A DNA stretch of 64,000 bases from Candidatus Eiseniibacteriota bacterium (GCA_963792585.1 CAWBWI010000006.1:640001-704000); one strand, 5' to 3'. Positions 29,916-40,339 are shown, counted from the first letter of the stretch. Translations and numbers: made by a program. Notes: generated from the letters alone by a model not told the origin.

Positions 29916-30470
29916 ATGACCGATGGCATTGTGCTCCTTCGTCTGATGACACCCGCTGATGCCGCGGAGCACCTTGCCGGAGAGGACGAATTAGCGGCCC
30001 GGTTTCTGTCCGGTGGTCGGAGCACTATGGAAACCGTCCTCGCGTCGATCGAACGAAATCGGCTTTCCTGGGCTTCCGCCGGACCGGTGCGCTGTCTTGG
30101 CATCCGCCTAGCTGCCACGGGGGTTCTCATTGGAATGGTGGAGGCCAACCTGGCCGCCCCAGGCTTCCGCCCCCGGGTGGCGAACATTTCCTACGGCCTC
30201 TACCCGGGAGCTCGAGGACAAGGCTACGCGACCCGCGCCGTCGCTCTCATGGTCCGCTATCTTACGGAGGATTCGGTCGCCGATGTGGCCGCGATTCAAG
30301 TGCATCCCGAGAATCACGCGTCGGCTCGCGTGCCCGTCCGAGCCGGCTTCCGCTTCTTGGGCGAGCGCGTCGGGCCGGAAGGTGATCGCATGATGACGTA
30401 CGCCAGGGCCCTTCGATCGTTGGAGGGTGAACTGAGGCTCTCGGATGTATGCGAGCTCCCGCGCGGTTGA
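29916..30470 (+). CDS. GNAT acetyltransferase (RimL-like)
   Basis: ISYGLYPGARGQGYATRA; NHASARV. Confidence 0.88.
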   Translation: MTDGIVLLRLMTPADAAEHLAGEDELAARFLSGGRSTMETVLASIERNRLSWASAGPVRCLGIRLAATGVLIGMVEANLAAPGFRPRVANISYGLYPGARGQGYATRAVALMVRYLTEDSVADVAAIQVHPENHASARVPVRAGFRFLGERVGPEGDRMMTYARALRSLEGELRLSDVCELPRG

Positions 30471-30522
30471 TGGTTCGAAGCACGGACGTCCGCCGGACGT
30501 GAGGAATGGAGGAGGCGACTGA

Positions 30523-30915
30523 ATGGCGATTCGCATAGTGCGGCTGGGAAGCCCGAGAGTACCCGGAGAGGGCCTGCGCCTGGGGACCGTACGCCGCCCT
30601 CCTCGCGGCGTCCCGAAGGCAGAGCACGCATCGCGGGATTTCTACGACGTATGGCTCCCGGACCTTGCGCCTTCGGAGAGCCTGGTGAAGGAAGCGCTCC
30701 AGGCCTCCGATGAGCGGACGTGGCGCGGCTTCGTGAGACGATATCGCGCGGAGATGAAGCGTCCGGAGGCCGCTCGCCTCTTCATGCTCCTGGCCGCTCT
30801 GTCCCGCCAGACCAACTTCTCGGTGGGCTGCTACTGCGCTGAAGAAGCGCGCTGCCACCGCTCCGTGTTGAAAGCGTTGCTTCTGGAATACGGCGCGACG
30901 CTGTTCACCTGCTAG
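30523..30915 (+). CDS. DUF488 family protein
   Basis: TVRRPPRGVPK...WLPDLAPS...CYC.EEARCHRSVL. Confidence 0.88.
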   Translation: MAIRIVRLGSPRVPGEGLRLGTVRRPPRGVPKAEHASRDFYDVWLPDLAPSESLVKEALQASDERTWRGFVRRYRAEMKRPEAARLFMLLAALSRQTNFSVGCYCAEEARCHRSVLKALLLEYGATLFTC

Positions 30916-31048
30916 ACTCACCCGTCACGGTCCCGGCGGTGAGGTAGGGCAGCGACTCGCGGTTTCCGACACCGTCGGGCCCCGCGGACTTCGTCCCGCG
31001 CCATCGGACGACACATGGCCGTATCACGTCAGGCCTTAGGAGAATGCC

Positions 31049-31861
31049 ATGGATCGCAAGGTCGATCTTTTCGACAGCACATACAGCAACTTCGAGGCGG
31101 AGGTGCTCGCACGCATTCGCCGGAAGACGTTCGGGGAGGACTTCGGTCAGAACAGTTGGACAACGGCAGAGGAATACCGCCGCTGGGCGGACTGGTTCGC
31201 GCTGAAGGATGACTCGCACGTCCTGGAAGTGGCCAGCGGTTCAGGTGGCCCCGCGATCTTCCTAGCGGAGATGAGCGGCGTGCGCGTCACGGGTATCGAC
31301 ATCAATGCCCACGGCGTGGCGGCGGCAACCAAGAGAGCGAAGGCGCTCGGACTCGACGCCCGCGTCAGCTTCAAGGAGGCTGATGCGGGCACGGCCCTCC
31401 CCTTCCCCGATCAAACCTTCGACGCGATTCTCTGCGTCGACTCGGCGAACCACTTCGCCCATCGTCTGGCAGTGCTGAAGGAGTGGCGCCGCGTCCTCAA
31501 GCCCGGAGGCAAAGCCCTCTTCACGGACCCTGTCGTCATCACGGGCCCGGTCTCGAACGAGGAACTCGCAGCAAGGAGCTCGATCGGCTACTTCCTGTTC
31601 GCGCCACCGGGCGTGAATGAGCGTCTGATCGAAGAAGCCGGCCTTGCGCTCGTTGGGAAAGAGGACGTGACCGAGAATGCGGCGGTCGTCTCGAAACGAT
31701 GGCACGACGCGCGGGCCGATGACTACGATGCGATGGTGCGGATGGAGGGCGAGGAGCGTTTCGCGGGGCTCCAGGAATTTTTCTCCGTCGTTCATCGGCT
31801 CACGAGCGAGCGCCGACTTTCCCGGCTCGTGTACTTGGCGGAGAGGCGAGGGGCCGCGTAA
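31049..31861 (+). CDS. Class I SAM methyltransferase
   Basis: VLEVASGSGG; LPFPDQTFDA; VLKPGG. Confidence 0.9.
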   Translation: MDRKVDLFDSTYSNFEAEVLARIRRKTFGEDFGQNSWTTAEEYRRWADWFALKDDSHVLEVASGSGGPAIFLAEMSGVRVTGIDINAHGVAAATKRAKALGLDARVSFKEADAGTALPFPDQTFDAILCVDSANHFAHRLAVLKEWRRVLKPGGKALFTDPVVITGPVSNEELAARSSIGYFLFAPPGVNERLIEEAGLALVGKEDVTENAAVVSKRWHDARADDYDAMVRMEGEERFAGLQEFFSVVHRLTSERRLSRLVYLAERRGAA

Positions 31862-31972
31862 CAATTGGTCGCGGCGGACAGTCCATGGTGGCAATCGGCT
31901 TCGGCCGAACCGCCTTCAGGTCGTGCCCCCGGGTGGCCACGCGTGCGCACGGATCGCTTTGTTACACGAGTT

Positions 31973-32569
31973 CTAGCCGCCCGGTCGACGCTCACCGGCC
32001 GACCGGAAGTAGAAGTCGAGCATCGCGGTCAGCGGCGCGGGACTCCCCCGCAGCCGGCTCCGAAGCGCTGCGCCTTCCCAGCAGTCCACCAGCAGGCTTG
32101 CCATGCTCCGCGTATTGGACTCGGCAGGAATGTCACCTCTCTTTCGGGCCTCCTCCAAGCAGACCGCGATCCGTTTGGCAATTGCTGAGAAGCATTCCTC
32201 GATCTTGTGGCGGAACACCTCGCTCACGCCCGACAGTTCCTGTCCGAGCCCGCCAAGAAGGCAGCCCATGTAGCCCTCCTTGCGGTAGCTTTGCCGCGTC
32301 AACTCGAAGAAATGGCGCACCCGCTCGAGCGGGGGCCGATCCTGGTCCCCGAGGCATACGTCAAGGCCCGCATGCACCTGCTGCATGTACTGGTCAATGA
32401 CTTGGAGCGCGAAGTCCTCCTTGTTCACGAAGTGATGGTAGAACGATCCCTTCGGGGTACGCGTGACCGCGAGCAGGGCCTGGATACCCAGATCGTGGTA
32501 GCCATGTTCCAGAAGCAGGGCCTGCCCTGCGTCGAGCAGGCGCTGCTTGGTTGCGTGCGCTATGTGCAT
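31973..32569 (-). CDS. TetR family regulator (NemR-like)
   Basis: PKGSFYHHF.NKE; GCLLGGLGQELS; WEGAALR. Confidence 0.88.
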   Translation of the reverse strand: MHIAHATKQRLLDAGQALLLEHGYHDLGIQALLAVTRTPKGSFYHHFVNKEDFALQVIDQYMQQVHAGLDVCLGDQDRPPLERVRHFFELTRQSYRKEGYMGCLLGGLGQELSGVSEVFRHKIEECFSAIAKRIAVCLEEARKRGDIPAESNTRSMASLLVDCWEGAALRSRLRGSPAPLTAMLDFYFRSAGERRPGG

Positions 32570-32625
32570 AGTTGTCGATTGACCGCTCCCATGGAGCGAG
32601 CCGTTTCTTGGTCCTCCCGTTCGCC

Positions 32626-33012
32626 TTAGCCCTTCACCTTCTCGATCATGTGGTCGATGACCCGGCTGTGCTCGCGCTGGGGACTGAACATGATGATTTC
32701 CGCATCAAGGTCGACCTTGACGTTGTGCCCAGGCGGCCAGTAGAACAGGTCATTCGCATTCACCGTCTCCCGAGCGCCCTTCGCATCGGTCGTCGTGAGC
32801 CGGCCCCGCAACACGAAGCCCCAGTGAGGACACTGGCAGAGGTTGCCTTCCAGCCCCTCGAAGAGCGGGGTGGTATCGACCCCCGCGGAGAGCGTGAAAT
32901 ACTCGCCACTGATCCCGTCGGACCCGCTCACGTCGCCAAAGTCCAAGCGCTGGCGGATCACGGCACCAGGGATCTTCATCCGGACGTCCACGTCGTCTTT
33001 TGCTACCCGCAT
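32626..33012 (-). CDS. Cupin-domain protein
   Basis: CQCPHWGFVLRG...FYWPPGH. Confidence 0.85.
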   Translation of the reverse strand: MRVAKDDVDVRMKIPGAVIRQRLDFGDVSGSDGISGEYFTLSAGVDTTPLFEGLEGNLCQCPHWGFVLRGRLTTTDAKGARETVNANDLFYWPPGHNVKVDLDAEIIMFSPQREHSRVIDHMIEKVKG

Positions 33013-33046
33013 CTATGTATCTCCTTCTTTAGCCGCGTTTCTTCTT

Positions 33047-33066
33047 TCTAGACCAATCGGTCTAGA
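33047..33066. promoter_or_regulatory. NemR-type TetR operator
   Basis: TCTAGACC-aatc-GGTCTAGA palindrome upstream of the cupin-TetR operon. Confidence 0.7.
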
Positions 33067-33376
33067 CTGGTATATTACTCCATACGCGAACGCAGTCAAG
33101 GGGGCGAGTGACCTGACTTCGATTCCCGATCGTGCAAGCGCCGATGAAGGCGAACGCGCTGTCCGAGAGGGCTCCCGGTCGACGGACCGTGGCCGCACCC
33201 GTGTCGGAGCGGCCGGCAGTTCAGTCACCAACGGTCGAAACCCGGGAGGGCGCGAACGTCGATGGCTCCGTGCAAGTCAATCCAGATGTGACCCTCCGGA
33301 GGCTGCTGTTGACAGCTCAGCGCAGGCGGCGTCTATTGGATCTATGCTCCGAGTTCATCCGCATCGGGGGTGATCC

Positions 33377-34180
33377 ATGATCATTGCCCTGGCGTCGCCC
33401 CGTATCGCCCAGTCCCTGGACGAGGGCCTCGAGAAAACCAGGCGGTTCTTGTCGGAGGCTTCCGCCCAGGGCGCGGAGATCGTGTGCTTCCCCGAAGCCT
33501 ACCTCCCGGGCTTGCGGGGACAGGAATTCGACGTGCCACCCTTCGATCCGACACAGCAGGAGAGGGCGCTTCAGACCGTTGCGCAGTGGGCGCGCACGTA
33601 CGGGGTGGCCGCGATCCTCGGGACCGAAAGGCTCACGCAGGTGGGCCGGCAGATCGCTGCTCTTGTCATCGACGGCCAAGGCCATATCCAGGGGTATCAG
33701 ACCAAGAACCAGCTTGACCCAACCGAGGAGCCTTTCTATGTGCCGGGAAATACCCGACGCCTCTTCGAGATCAATGGGGTCAAGTTTGGCGTGGCGATCT
33801 GTCACGAGGGGTGGCGCTACCCCGAAACGGTGCGATGGGCTGCGGTGCGGGGAGCAAAGATCGTCTTTCATCCCCAGCTCACGGGGAGTGATCGCGAGGG
33901 CACCTGCATGACTCAGTGGGGAGCGGCCGGCGGTCCCTACTACGAGCAAGCTATGATGATGCGCAGCCGGGAAAACACGATCTACTTCGCCAGCGTCAAC
34001 TATGCGCTGCGCTATCAGGAGTCGGCGACGAGCCTCATCGCGCCCTCGGGCCAGTGCCAGGCCTACTTGCCCTACGGGCTTGAGGGGATTCTCGTACAGG
34101 CCGTCGATCTCGAGGCGGCGACCGGCTTTCTGGCCGCTCGGTACGCGCCCGAACGCTACCGGGAATTCGGGATGGAATGA
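33377..34180 (+). CDS. Carbon-nitrogen hydrolase (nitrilase family)
   Basis: VCFPE, QTK, AICHEG. Confidence 0.9.
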   Translation: MIIALASPRIAQSLDEGLEKTRRFLSEASAQGAEIVCFPEAYLPGLRGQEFDVPPFDPTQQERALQTVAQWARTYGVAAILGTERLTQVGRQIAALVIDGQGHIQGYQTKNQLDPTEEPFYVPGNTRRLFEINGVKFGVAICHEGWRYPETVRWAAVRGAKIVFHPQLTGSDREGTCMTQWGAAGGPYYEQAMMMRSRENTIYFASVNYALRYQESATSLIAPSGQCQAYLPYGLEGILVQAVDLEAATGFLAARYAPERYREFGME

Positions 34181-34406
34181 TGGGCTCGAAGCAGCGGACA
34201 TTTCGGTCGCGGTCACGGAGAAGGACTCGACTGGCAGACTGGCGATGACTCACGTCACACTGCACCCCGAGGTCCAGTTCGCGGGCGACCGGCGTCCGAC
34301 GGTGGACGATGAGACGGCCATGCACCATGAATCGCATGAGCAGCGCTTTATCGCCCGCTCGGTCAAGACGGACGCACGGCGTGAACCGGTCGGGTTGGCT
34401 CGCTAG
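34180..34406 (+). pseudogene. OsmC-like C-terminal fragment
   Basis: MTHVTLHPEVQF...MHHESHEQRFIARSVKTD; catalytic Cys and N-terminus absent. Confidence 0.6.
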
Positions 34407-34479
34407 CACACCGGGCACCACAGGCCGCATCTGCTCGCAGCGCGGGCCCCGCGCCCGGCCGGATGAGGAGGAAGGGCAG

Positions 34480-35121
34480 ATGATCTCAGCACGGGACGCG
34501 CTGGAACGCTTGAAAGACGGGAACCGCCGCTTCGTTTCCGACGTCCGGAGCCGGGAGACACTCTCGAGCCAGGCCCGCCGCATGGAGGTCGCTGCAGCCC
34601 AGGAGCCGTTTGCGATCATACTCGGCTGCTCCGACTCACGCGTGCCTGCCGAAATCGTCTTCGACCAGGGAATCGGGGACCTCTTCGTCATCCGCGTGGC
34701 CGGCAACATCGTCGCATCCTCCCTGGTCGGTAGCGTTGAGTTCGCTGCGGCGCGGTACGGCACCCGGCTCGTCGTTGTTCTGGGGCATTCGCAGTGCGGA
34801 GCCGTTCTGGCGACCCTGGAAGAACTTCGGCAGCCGACGAACGATCAGTCGCGAAACCTGCGCTCCATCGTCGACCGCATCCGGCCGTCCGTGGAGACGC
34901 TCCTGGCGACCGAGCTGAGGGACGACCCCGATGCTCTCGTGCGGAATGCCGTCCGGGCGAACATCCGCGCCTCCGCAGATCACCTGCGGCACGGTTCCGA
35001 GGTTCTCGAGCGACTGATCCAGCGCGACGGGCTCCTCGTGGTAGGCGCCGAGTACTCGCTCGAAACGGGGACCGTCGACTTCTTCGATGGTCTGCCGGTG
35101 AACGATCAGCGTGAGGCGTGA
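34480..35121 (+). CDS. Beta-class carbonic anhydrase
   Basis: GCSDSRV, RVAGN, GHSQCGAV. Confidence 0.93.
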   Translation: MISARDALERLKDGNRRFVSDVRSRETLSSQARRMEVAAAQEPFAIILGCSDSRVPAEIVFDQGIGDLFVIRVAGNIVASSLVGSVEFAAARYGTRLVVVLGHSQCGAVLATLEELRQPTNDQSRNLRSIVDRIRPSVETLLATELRDDPDALVRNAVRANIRASADHLRHGSEVLERLIQRDGLLVVGAEYSLETGTVDFFDGLPVNDQREA

Positions 35122-35364
35122 CATCGGCTCCGGGAGCCCTTGACACCGGGCGAGTCCGCCGCGAATTCCTATGTGCGCGTATCGCGGTCCAATCGATATC
35201 CTGACATGGACGGCGCGTCCTTCTCGCCTGGAGCAGATCGGACAACCCGACCGCGTTTCACTCGAGCACGGGCCGCCTGATGAGTAGAATCCGGAGTAAG
35301 GCAGCCGAGGGCAGGGCTGCCATGTGATGTCAACAAGCGACCGATTTCATAGGAGAACCTTACC

Positions 35365-35823
35365 ATGTCCGACAAAACCGGCACCGTCCGCCTTCACCGC
35401 GTGCTTCGCGCGACCCCCGAACGCATCTATCGCGCGTTCCTCGATCCGGACGCTTTGGCGAAGTGGATTCCACCGTACGGGTTCACCGCCAAGATCCATG
35501 AGATGGACGCGCGCGCCGGTGGCGGCTATCGAATGTCGTTCACGAACTTCGGTACAGGCAAGAGCCAGTCTTTCGGCGGCAAGTATATCGAGCTCACGCC
35601 GCACGAGAAGATCCGGTACACCGACCGGTTTGATGACCCCAACCTTCCGGGCGATATGCAGGTCACGATCTCGCTACAGAAGGTCGCATGCGGAACCGAG
35701 CTGGCGATTGTTACGGAAGGGATCCCGTCAGCAATTCCAGTCGAGTTCTGCTATCTCGGCTGGCAGGAATCGTTGTCGCAGCTAGCGTATCTCGTCGAAC
35801 CGGAGATTCCGGATGGCGCGTAG
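35365..35823 (+). CDS. SRPBCC family protein
   Basis: VRLHRVLRATPERIYRAFLDPDA...CYLGWQESL. Confidence 0.9.
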   Translation: MSDKTGTVRLHRVLRATPERIYRAFLDPDALAKWIPPYGFTAKIHEMDARAGGGYRMSFTNFGTGKSQSFGGKYIELTPHEKIRYTDRFDDPNLPGDMQVTISLQKVACGTELAIVTEGIPSAIPVEFCYLGWQESLSQLAYLVEPEIPDGA

Positions 35824-36002
35824 CTGTCCGCAGGCCTGCTGCCTGCGACGTTCGCTTCAATGCGGAAGCGCCTTCCGGCGACCTCCGTGGTTGGCGTCCG
35901 CCTGACCAAACCCCTCCGGGGACGCGCCCGCGGTGACGCGTCCCCGGATGTTGAGCGACGCCCCGCTCGAGACCGCCACGGCGAGGGTGGAGGCAAAAGA
36001 CG

Positions 36003-36311
36003 ATGTACTACCTTCTATTCTATGATTACGTTGCAAACGCCATCGAGAGACGAGCACCCTATCGCGAAGCGCATTTGGCGCTGGCGCGCGAGTGGGTCCA
36101 GCGCGGCAACTTGGTCCTGGGAGGCGCGTTTGCGGATCCCGTCGACGGGGCGGTCCTGGTGTTCAATGTGGATGGCCGTGAGGATGTCGAGGAGTTCGTC
36201 CAGAAGGATCCATATGTTGCCGGCGGACTGGTGACCGCCTGGCGCATCAGGCCCTGGACGGTGGTCGTGGGTTCAGCGCTCGGAGCCCGAGAAGCCCGGA
36301 GAGAGCCATGA
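36003..36311 (+). CDS. YciI-like protein
   Basis: RAPYREAHL...GGAFADP...DPYV. Confidence 0.9.
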   Translation: MYYLLFYDYVANAIERRAPYREAHLALAREWVQRGNLVLGGAFADPVDGAVLVFNVDGREDVEEFVQKDPYVAGGLVTAWRIRPWTVVVGSALGAREARREP

Positions 36312-36369
36312 GCCGTGTCTACTTCGGTGTGGGAATCTCGCTGGACGGCCATATCGCCGGTTCCAATCG

Positions 36370-37251
36370 ATGTCCGGCGAAAGCGTGGTACGCATGCGCC
36401 TCCTGAATCGAATGGGTAAGGCCATCGCGGCGGTTCCCGTCGTGGGCCGCATCTTTCTCATGCCGTTTCGTCTGCTGATCGCTCTGCGGTACTCCGCCCG
36501 TCCTACGCGCGATCTCCTTGTCTGGTTGGTACGATCCCGTGAGTACACCAACTTCACCTACGCCCTCACCCCGCAGAATCGCAGGTACCTCGCCGCATTC
36601 GCCGCAAACGTGGCGGGAATCACATACGCGCAGAGCGCCCGGCACTTGCAGGAACTCGAAGAAGACAGCGATCTGCGCGAAGGCATTCTCGCGATGATGC
36701 GACGGAGCCCGCAGCGCGCGTTCTGCGATCCATGGGTGGAGTACGGCCGCCGCCTCGGCTGGTACATCGTCGCCCGGGCAGCGAAGCCCCGCGTGATCAT
36801 TGAAACAGGCGTTGAGAAAGGGCTTGGCGCCTGCGTCCTGACTGCCGCCTTGCGACGCAATCTACTCGAAGGCCATCCGGGAAGGTACTACGGCACGGAT
36901 ATCGACCCGAACGCCGGGTCCCTGCTGCCCGTTGAGTATCGATCGCATGGAGAGATCCTCTTCGGGGATTCCGTGGCCTCCCTTAAGGCGTTTTCGTCGC
37001 AGGTTGATCTCTTCATCCACGATAGCGATCACTCGGAATCCTACGAGGCGATCGAGTATGCGACCATAGAATCGAAACTCAGCCCACACGCCATCGTACT
37101 GAGTGACAATTCGAAGGTCACCGAGGCGCTCCTCGACTTCGCGCGTCGAACGAACCGAGAGTTTCACTTCTTCGCCGAGTTCCCGGATCGTCACTGGTAT
37201 CCCGGTGCAGGGATCGGCGCCGCCACGAGGCCGTCCATCGAGACCAAGTAG
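36370..37251 (+). CDS. Class I SAM methyltransferase (Methyltransf_24-like)
   Basis: IETGVEKG; DLFIHDSDHS. Confidence 0.85.
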   Translation: MSGESVVRMRLLNRMGKAIAAVPVVGRIFLMPFRLLIALRYSARPTRDLLVWLVRSREYTNFTYALTPQNRRYLAAFAANVAGITYAQSARHLQELEEDSDLREGILAMMRRSPQRAFCDPWVEYGRRLGWYIVARAAKPRVIIETGVEKGLGACVLTAALRRNLLEGHPGRYYGTDIDPNAGSLLPVEYRSHGEILFGDSVASLKAFSSQVDLFIHDSDHSESYEAIEYATIESKLSPHAIVLSDNSKVTEALLDFARRTNREFHFFAEFPDRHWYPGAGIGAATRPSIETK

Positions 37252-37277
37252 AGATCCGCCCTGGAGGGGTACGAGCC

Positions 37278-37787
37278 ATGTCACCCGAGCCTGCGACTCG
37301 AGACCGTAACCATCGGTGGAAGGGCTCCCACGGCGAATGGTACGTCGTCGCGCAGGTGGCGCTCATGGCGCTCGTCTTCTTCGGGCCGCGCACGCTCGGC
37401 GGACCGGCGACCCGTTCCTTCACGCTCCCGCATGCCTGTCGGCTCGTTGGTGGCATCTTCATGACCGCGGGCGGCATCATGCTTGCAGCGGGGATCGTCC
37501 GCATCGGCCGCGGCCTCACGCCGTTGCCGTACCCGAGAGCCGCCGCCGAGCTCGTACAGACGGGTCCATTCGCGTTGGTTCGTCATCCGATGTACAGCGG
37601 TGGGGTCCTTCTCGCCCTGGGGTGGGCGCTGTTCGTGCGGGGTTGGCTCACCCTCGCATACGTCGTCGTCCTCTTCGTCTTCGTGGACATGAAGTCACGC
37701 GTGGAAGAACGGTGGCTGGCGGAGAAGTTCCCCGAATACGAGACCTATCGACGTCGGGTGCGGAAACTGATTCCGTTCGTCTACTGA
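37278..37787 (+). CDS. Isoprenylcysteine carboxylmethyltransferase family membrane protein
   Basis: GPFALVRHPMY; EERWL. Confidence 0.9.
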   Translation: MSPEPATRDRNHRWKGSHGEWYVVAQVALMALVFFGPRTLGGPATRSFTLPHACRLVGGIFMTAGGIMLAAGIVRIGRGLTPLPYPRAAAELVQTGPFALVRHPMYSGGVLLALGWALFVRGWLTLAYVVVLFVFVDMKSRVEERWLAEKFPEYETYRRRVRKLIPFVY

Positions 37788-37891
37788 TGGGGCCCCAACC
37801 GCTCGGGTCTGCGTCCCGCCCGAACGAAACGGGAACGGTGCACGTACGCGTCAACCTGGGATCACCCAGCGCATGAAGGGAACGGATCGAA

Positions 37892-38416
37892 TTGAACCCA
37901 CAAGATGCGCAGCCGATCGACTTGCGGAGACTCGTCCGTGAACACCCCGGAAAGCGGAGGTGCGATCTCACCCCTCTCTTCGGCCATCCGGATGCATTCC
38001 GCCAGGCGGTGCTCCGGATGACCGAGCCGTTCCAGGCGAAGCGCGTGACAAAGGTCGCAGGATTGGAAGGGATGGGTCTTGCCCTTGCCGGAGCCGCCGC
38101 CCGGGAACTTCGATCGGGGGTGGTGCTCTTCAGGAAGCCCGGCTTTCTAGCCTGGGACGCTCGATCGATGCCCTTCACGGACTACTCGGGCGAGGTGAAG
38201 GCCTTCGAGATGGCGTCCGACGCCCTGTCGGCCGGTGATCGGGTGTTGGTCGTGGACGACTGGACCGAAACCGGGAGCCAGCTTCACGCCGCATTCCAGA
38301 TGATCGAACGAGCGGGCGCCGAAGTCGTGGGCGCTGCTCTGGTGAATGTCGATCCGGCGGTGGGGCGCGACCCGCGCTTCAGGGGCTACTTCCTCCACGC
38401 CATACTCGTTTACTGA
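37892..38416 (+). CDS. Adenine phosphoribosyltransferase-like PRTase
   Basis: RVLVVDDWTETGSQ PRPP motif. Confidence 0.8.
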   Translation: MNPQDAQPIDLRRLVREHPGKRRCDLTPLFGHPDAFRQAVLRMTEPFQAKRVTKVAGLEGMGLALAGAAARELRSGVVLFRKPGFLAWDARSMPFTDYSGEVKAFEMASDALSAGDRVLVVDDWTETGSQLHAAFQMIERAGAEVVGAALVNVDPAVGRDPRFRGYFLHAILVY

Positions 38417-38486
38417 GGGACTCGCCGCCTCAGAGAACGGCTTGTTGAGACCGTCGGGGCGACCACCGACGGGCCTCCGGTCCTCC

Positions 38487-39032
38487 TCAATCCATGAGCG
38501 GCATCTTCAGCACATCGCGGATCCACTCCAGCCGCGTCTTCTGCATGGCGATCGCGCCAAGGGCCATGAGTTCGAAGTTGGGGCCTCCGACCCGCCCTTG
38601 GGCCACCCCCTCCTCGTAGAGGGAGAGGACCTCCGCCATCCGGGCCGCGCTCTCCTCCAGGAATTTCCGCCGGCGCGCCTTGGGAAGCGCCGCCAGGAAC
38701 GCGACGCGTGCCCGGAGGGGGTCGGGCGGTACAGCCACAACCTCCTCGGTGACCGGCGGACCGACCCAGCGGATCAGGGCTGCGCGACCCGCCGACGTCA
38801 CGCTGTAGTGGCGGCTCTTCCGTGAACCCGTGGCGTGCGGCTGGGAGCGGACCAGCCCGGCCGCCTCGAGTCGGACCATGAGAGGGTAAATGGCGCCGGA
38901 ACTACCGCTCCAGTGGGGGCTTGGCGAATCGAGAAACTCGCGCCGGACCTGGTACGGCGTGCATGGATGGTGTGCCCACACGACGCCCAGAACGGTTCCC
39001 TCGAGCTCGGTCAGCGCTCGCACAGGGGGCAT
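38487..39032 (-). CDS. PadR family regulator
   Basis: SSGAIYPLMVRLEAAGLV...YSVTSAGR. Confidence 0.88.
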   Translation of the reverse strand: MPPVRALTELEGTVLGVVWAHHPCTPYQVRREFLDSPSPHWSGSSGAIYPLMVRLEAAGLVRSQPHATGSRKSRHYSVTSAGRAALIRWVGPPVTEEVVAVPPDPLRARVAFLAALPKARRRKFLEESAARMAEVLSLYEEGVAQGRVGGPNFELMALGAIAMQKTRLEWIRDVLKMPLMD

Positions 39033-39101
39033 CCCTCGTCCTCCCCGGGCTCGGCGGCGAAGAGATCGCCCCGCGCACGTACGACAGACTGAAACCTAGA
39101 C

Positions 39102-39120
39102 ATAGTACGACTCGTACTAT
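39102..39120. promoter_or_regulatory. Palindromic operator between padR-like gene and protease
   Basis: ATAGTACGA-c-TCGTACTAT. Confidence 0.65.
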
Positions 39121-39169
39121 AGCCCGTCCGGCCGCCGCAGCAGTCTCTCTTTTCAGGAGGTGCGCACTC

Positions 39170-40339
39170 ATGGCTCCGTTCCTTGGCAAGCTCGCCCTCT
39201 TCGCGCTGGCCATCGCCGGCCCCGGGCACGACATGGTTCCCATGCATCGGCAGACCGTCCGTTACGAGCTTAAGGAGGATTCTGTGGCGGTCCCCATGAT
39301 CATCGTCGACGGCCGCATCATCGTGGACGTCACCCTGAACGGCGGCGGCCCGTTCCCGTTCATCTTTGATACCGGGGCCCAGGGGAGCGTGATGGACCTG
39401 GCGTTCGCGCGCGAGCAGCGGCTGGACCTGGGCCAGGAGGTCACGGTCGGGAGCCCCAGCGGTCCCGGTCGGCCGGGCGCCATGGTCACGATCCAGGATC
39501 TTGCCATCGGAGGATTGACCCTCAAGCGTATGATGAGCATCGCCTTCGACGGCCTTCCTTTCCCGCGAAACGAGACCTCGCCGCGCGGCGTGCTGAGCCC
39601 TTATGGCCTCAGCGGGCTCCTGGTCACGATCGACTACGCGAGGCGGAACCTGATATTCACGCGCGGCGCCCTCCCGGAACCGGACGGGCGCGAGATCTTC
39701 GGCTGGGATGCCGGGCAGGCACTGCCCGAAATTCCGGCAACCGTTGGAGGCCTGCCCGTCAATTGCCATCTTGATTCCGGCGCCTCGAGCGGTGTGACCC
39801 TTCCCGCCTCCTTCGCGAGTCAATTGACCCTGGACGGTCCACTCGTCGACATGGGTTACGCGAAGGCAGTCGATCATGTCTGGCCGGTGCGGGGCGCCCC
39901 GCTCCAGGGCGCACTGACGATCGGGCGCTACACGCTCGATCGCCCGCTCCTTCGCTTCATGGACAGAGCAAGGGGGGCGGCCAATGTGGGCGCGGCCGTG
40001 CTGAACCAGTTCGTCATCACCATCGACCCCAAGAACTCCCGGCTCCGGCTCGAGGGTCCGTCGGACGGCCGTCTCAAGGAATCCGGCGATCTGAAGCCCC
40101 GCTATGGACTTCAGTTCGAGGCGCTGGACGCGGATCCGCTCGTTCTGCTCGTCGTGGATGCCGGATCCCCGGCCGAGAACGGCGGTCTCCGTGCGGGCGA
40201 CCGGATCCTGTCACTCAACGGCCGCCCGATCGGTGAGATCGATGCGAGCGACCGTGTCGATGCGTTGAAAGCTTCGCCGCTCGAGGTGACGGCGCGACGG
40301 GGCGACGAGACCATCGCGATCCGGCTGGCGCTCCCCTGA
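39170..40339 (+). CDS. Two-domain aspartyl protease with PDZ domain
   Basis: FIFDTGA and HLDSGA; GSPAENGGLRAGDRILSLNG; AGGAGG RBS. Confidence 0.9.
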   Translation: MAPFLGKLALFALAIAGPGHDMVPMHRQTVRYELKEDSVAVPMIIVDGRIIVDVTLNGGGPFPFIFDTGAQGSVMDLAFAREQRLDLGQEVTVGSPSGPGRPGAMVTIQDLAIGGLTLKRMMSIAFDGLPFPRNETSPRGVLSPYGLSGLLVTIDYARRNLIFTRGALPEPDGREIFGWDAGQALPEIPATVGGLPVNCHLDSGASSGVTLPASFASQLTLDGPLVDMGYAKAVDHVWPVRGAPLQGALTIGRYTLDRPLLRFMDRARGAANVGAAVLNQFVITIDPKNSRLRLEGPSDGRLKESGDLKPRYGLQFEALDADPLVLLVVDAGSPAENGGLRAGDRILSLNGRPIGEIDASDRVDALKASPLEVTARRGDETIAIRLALP

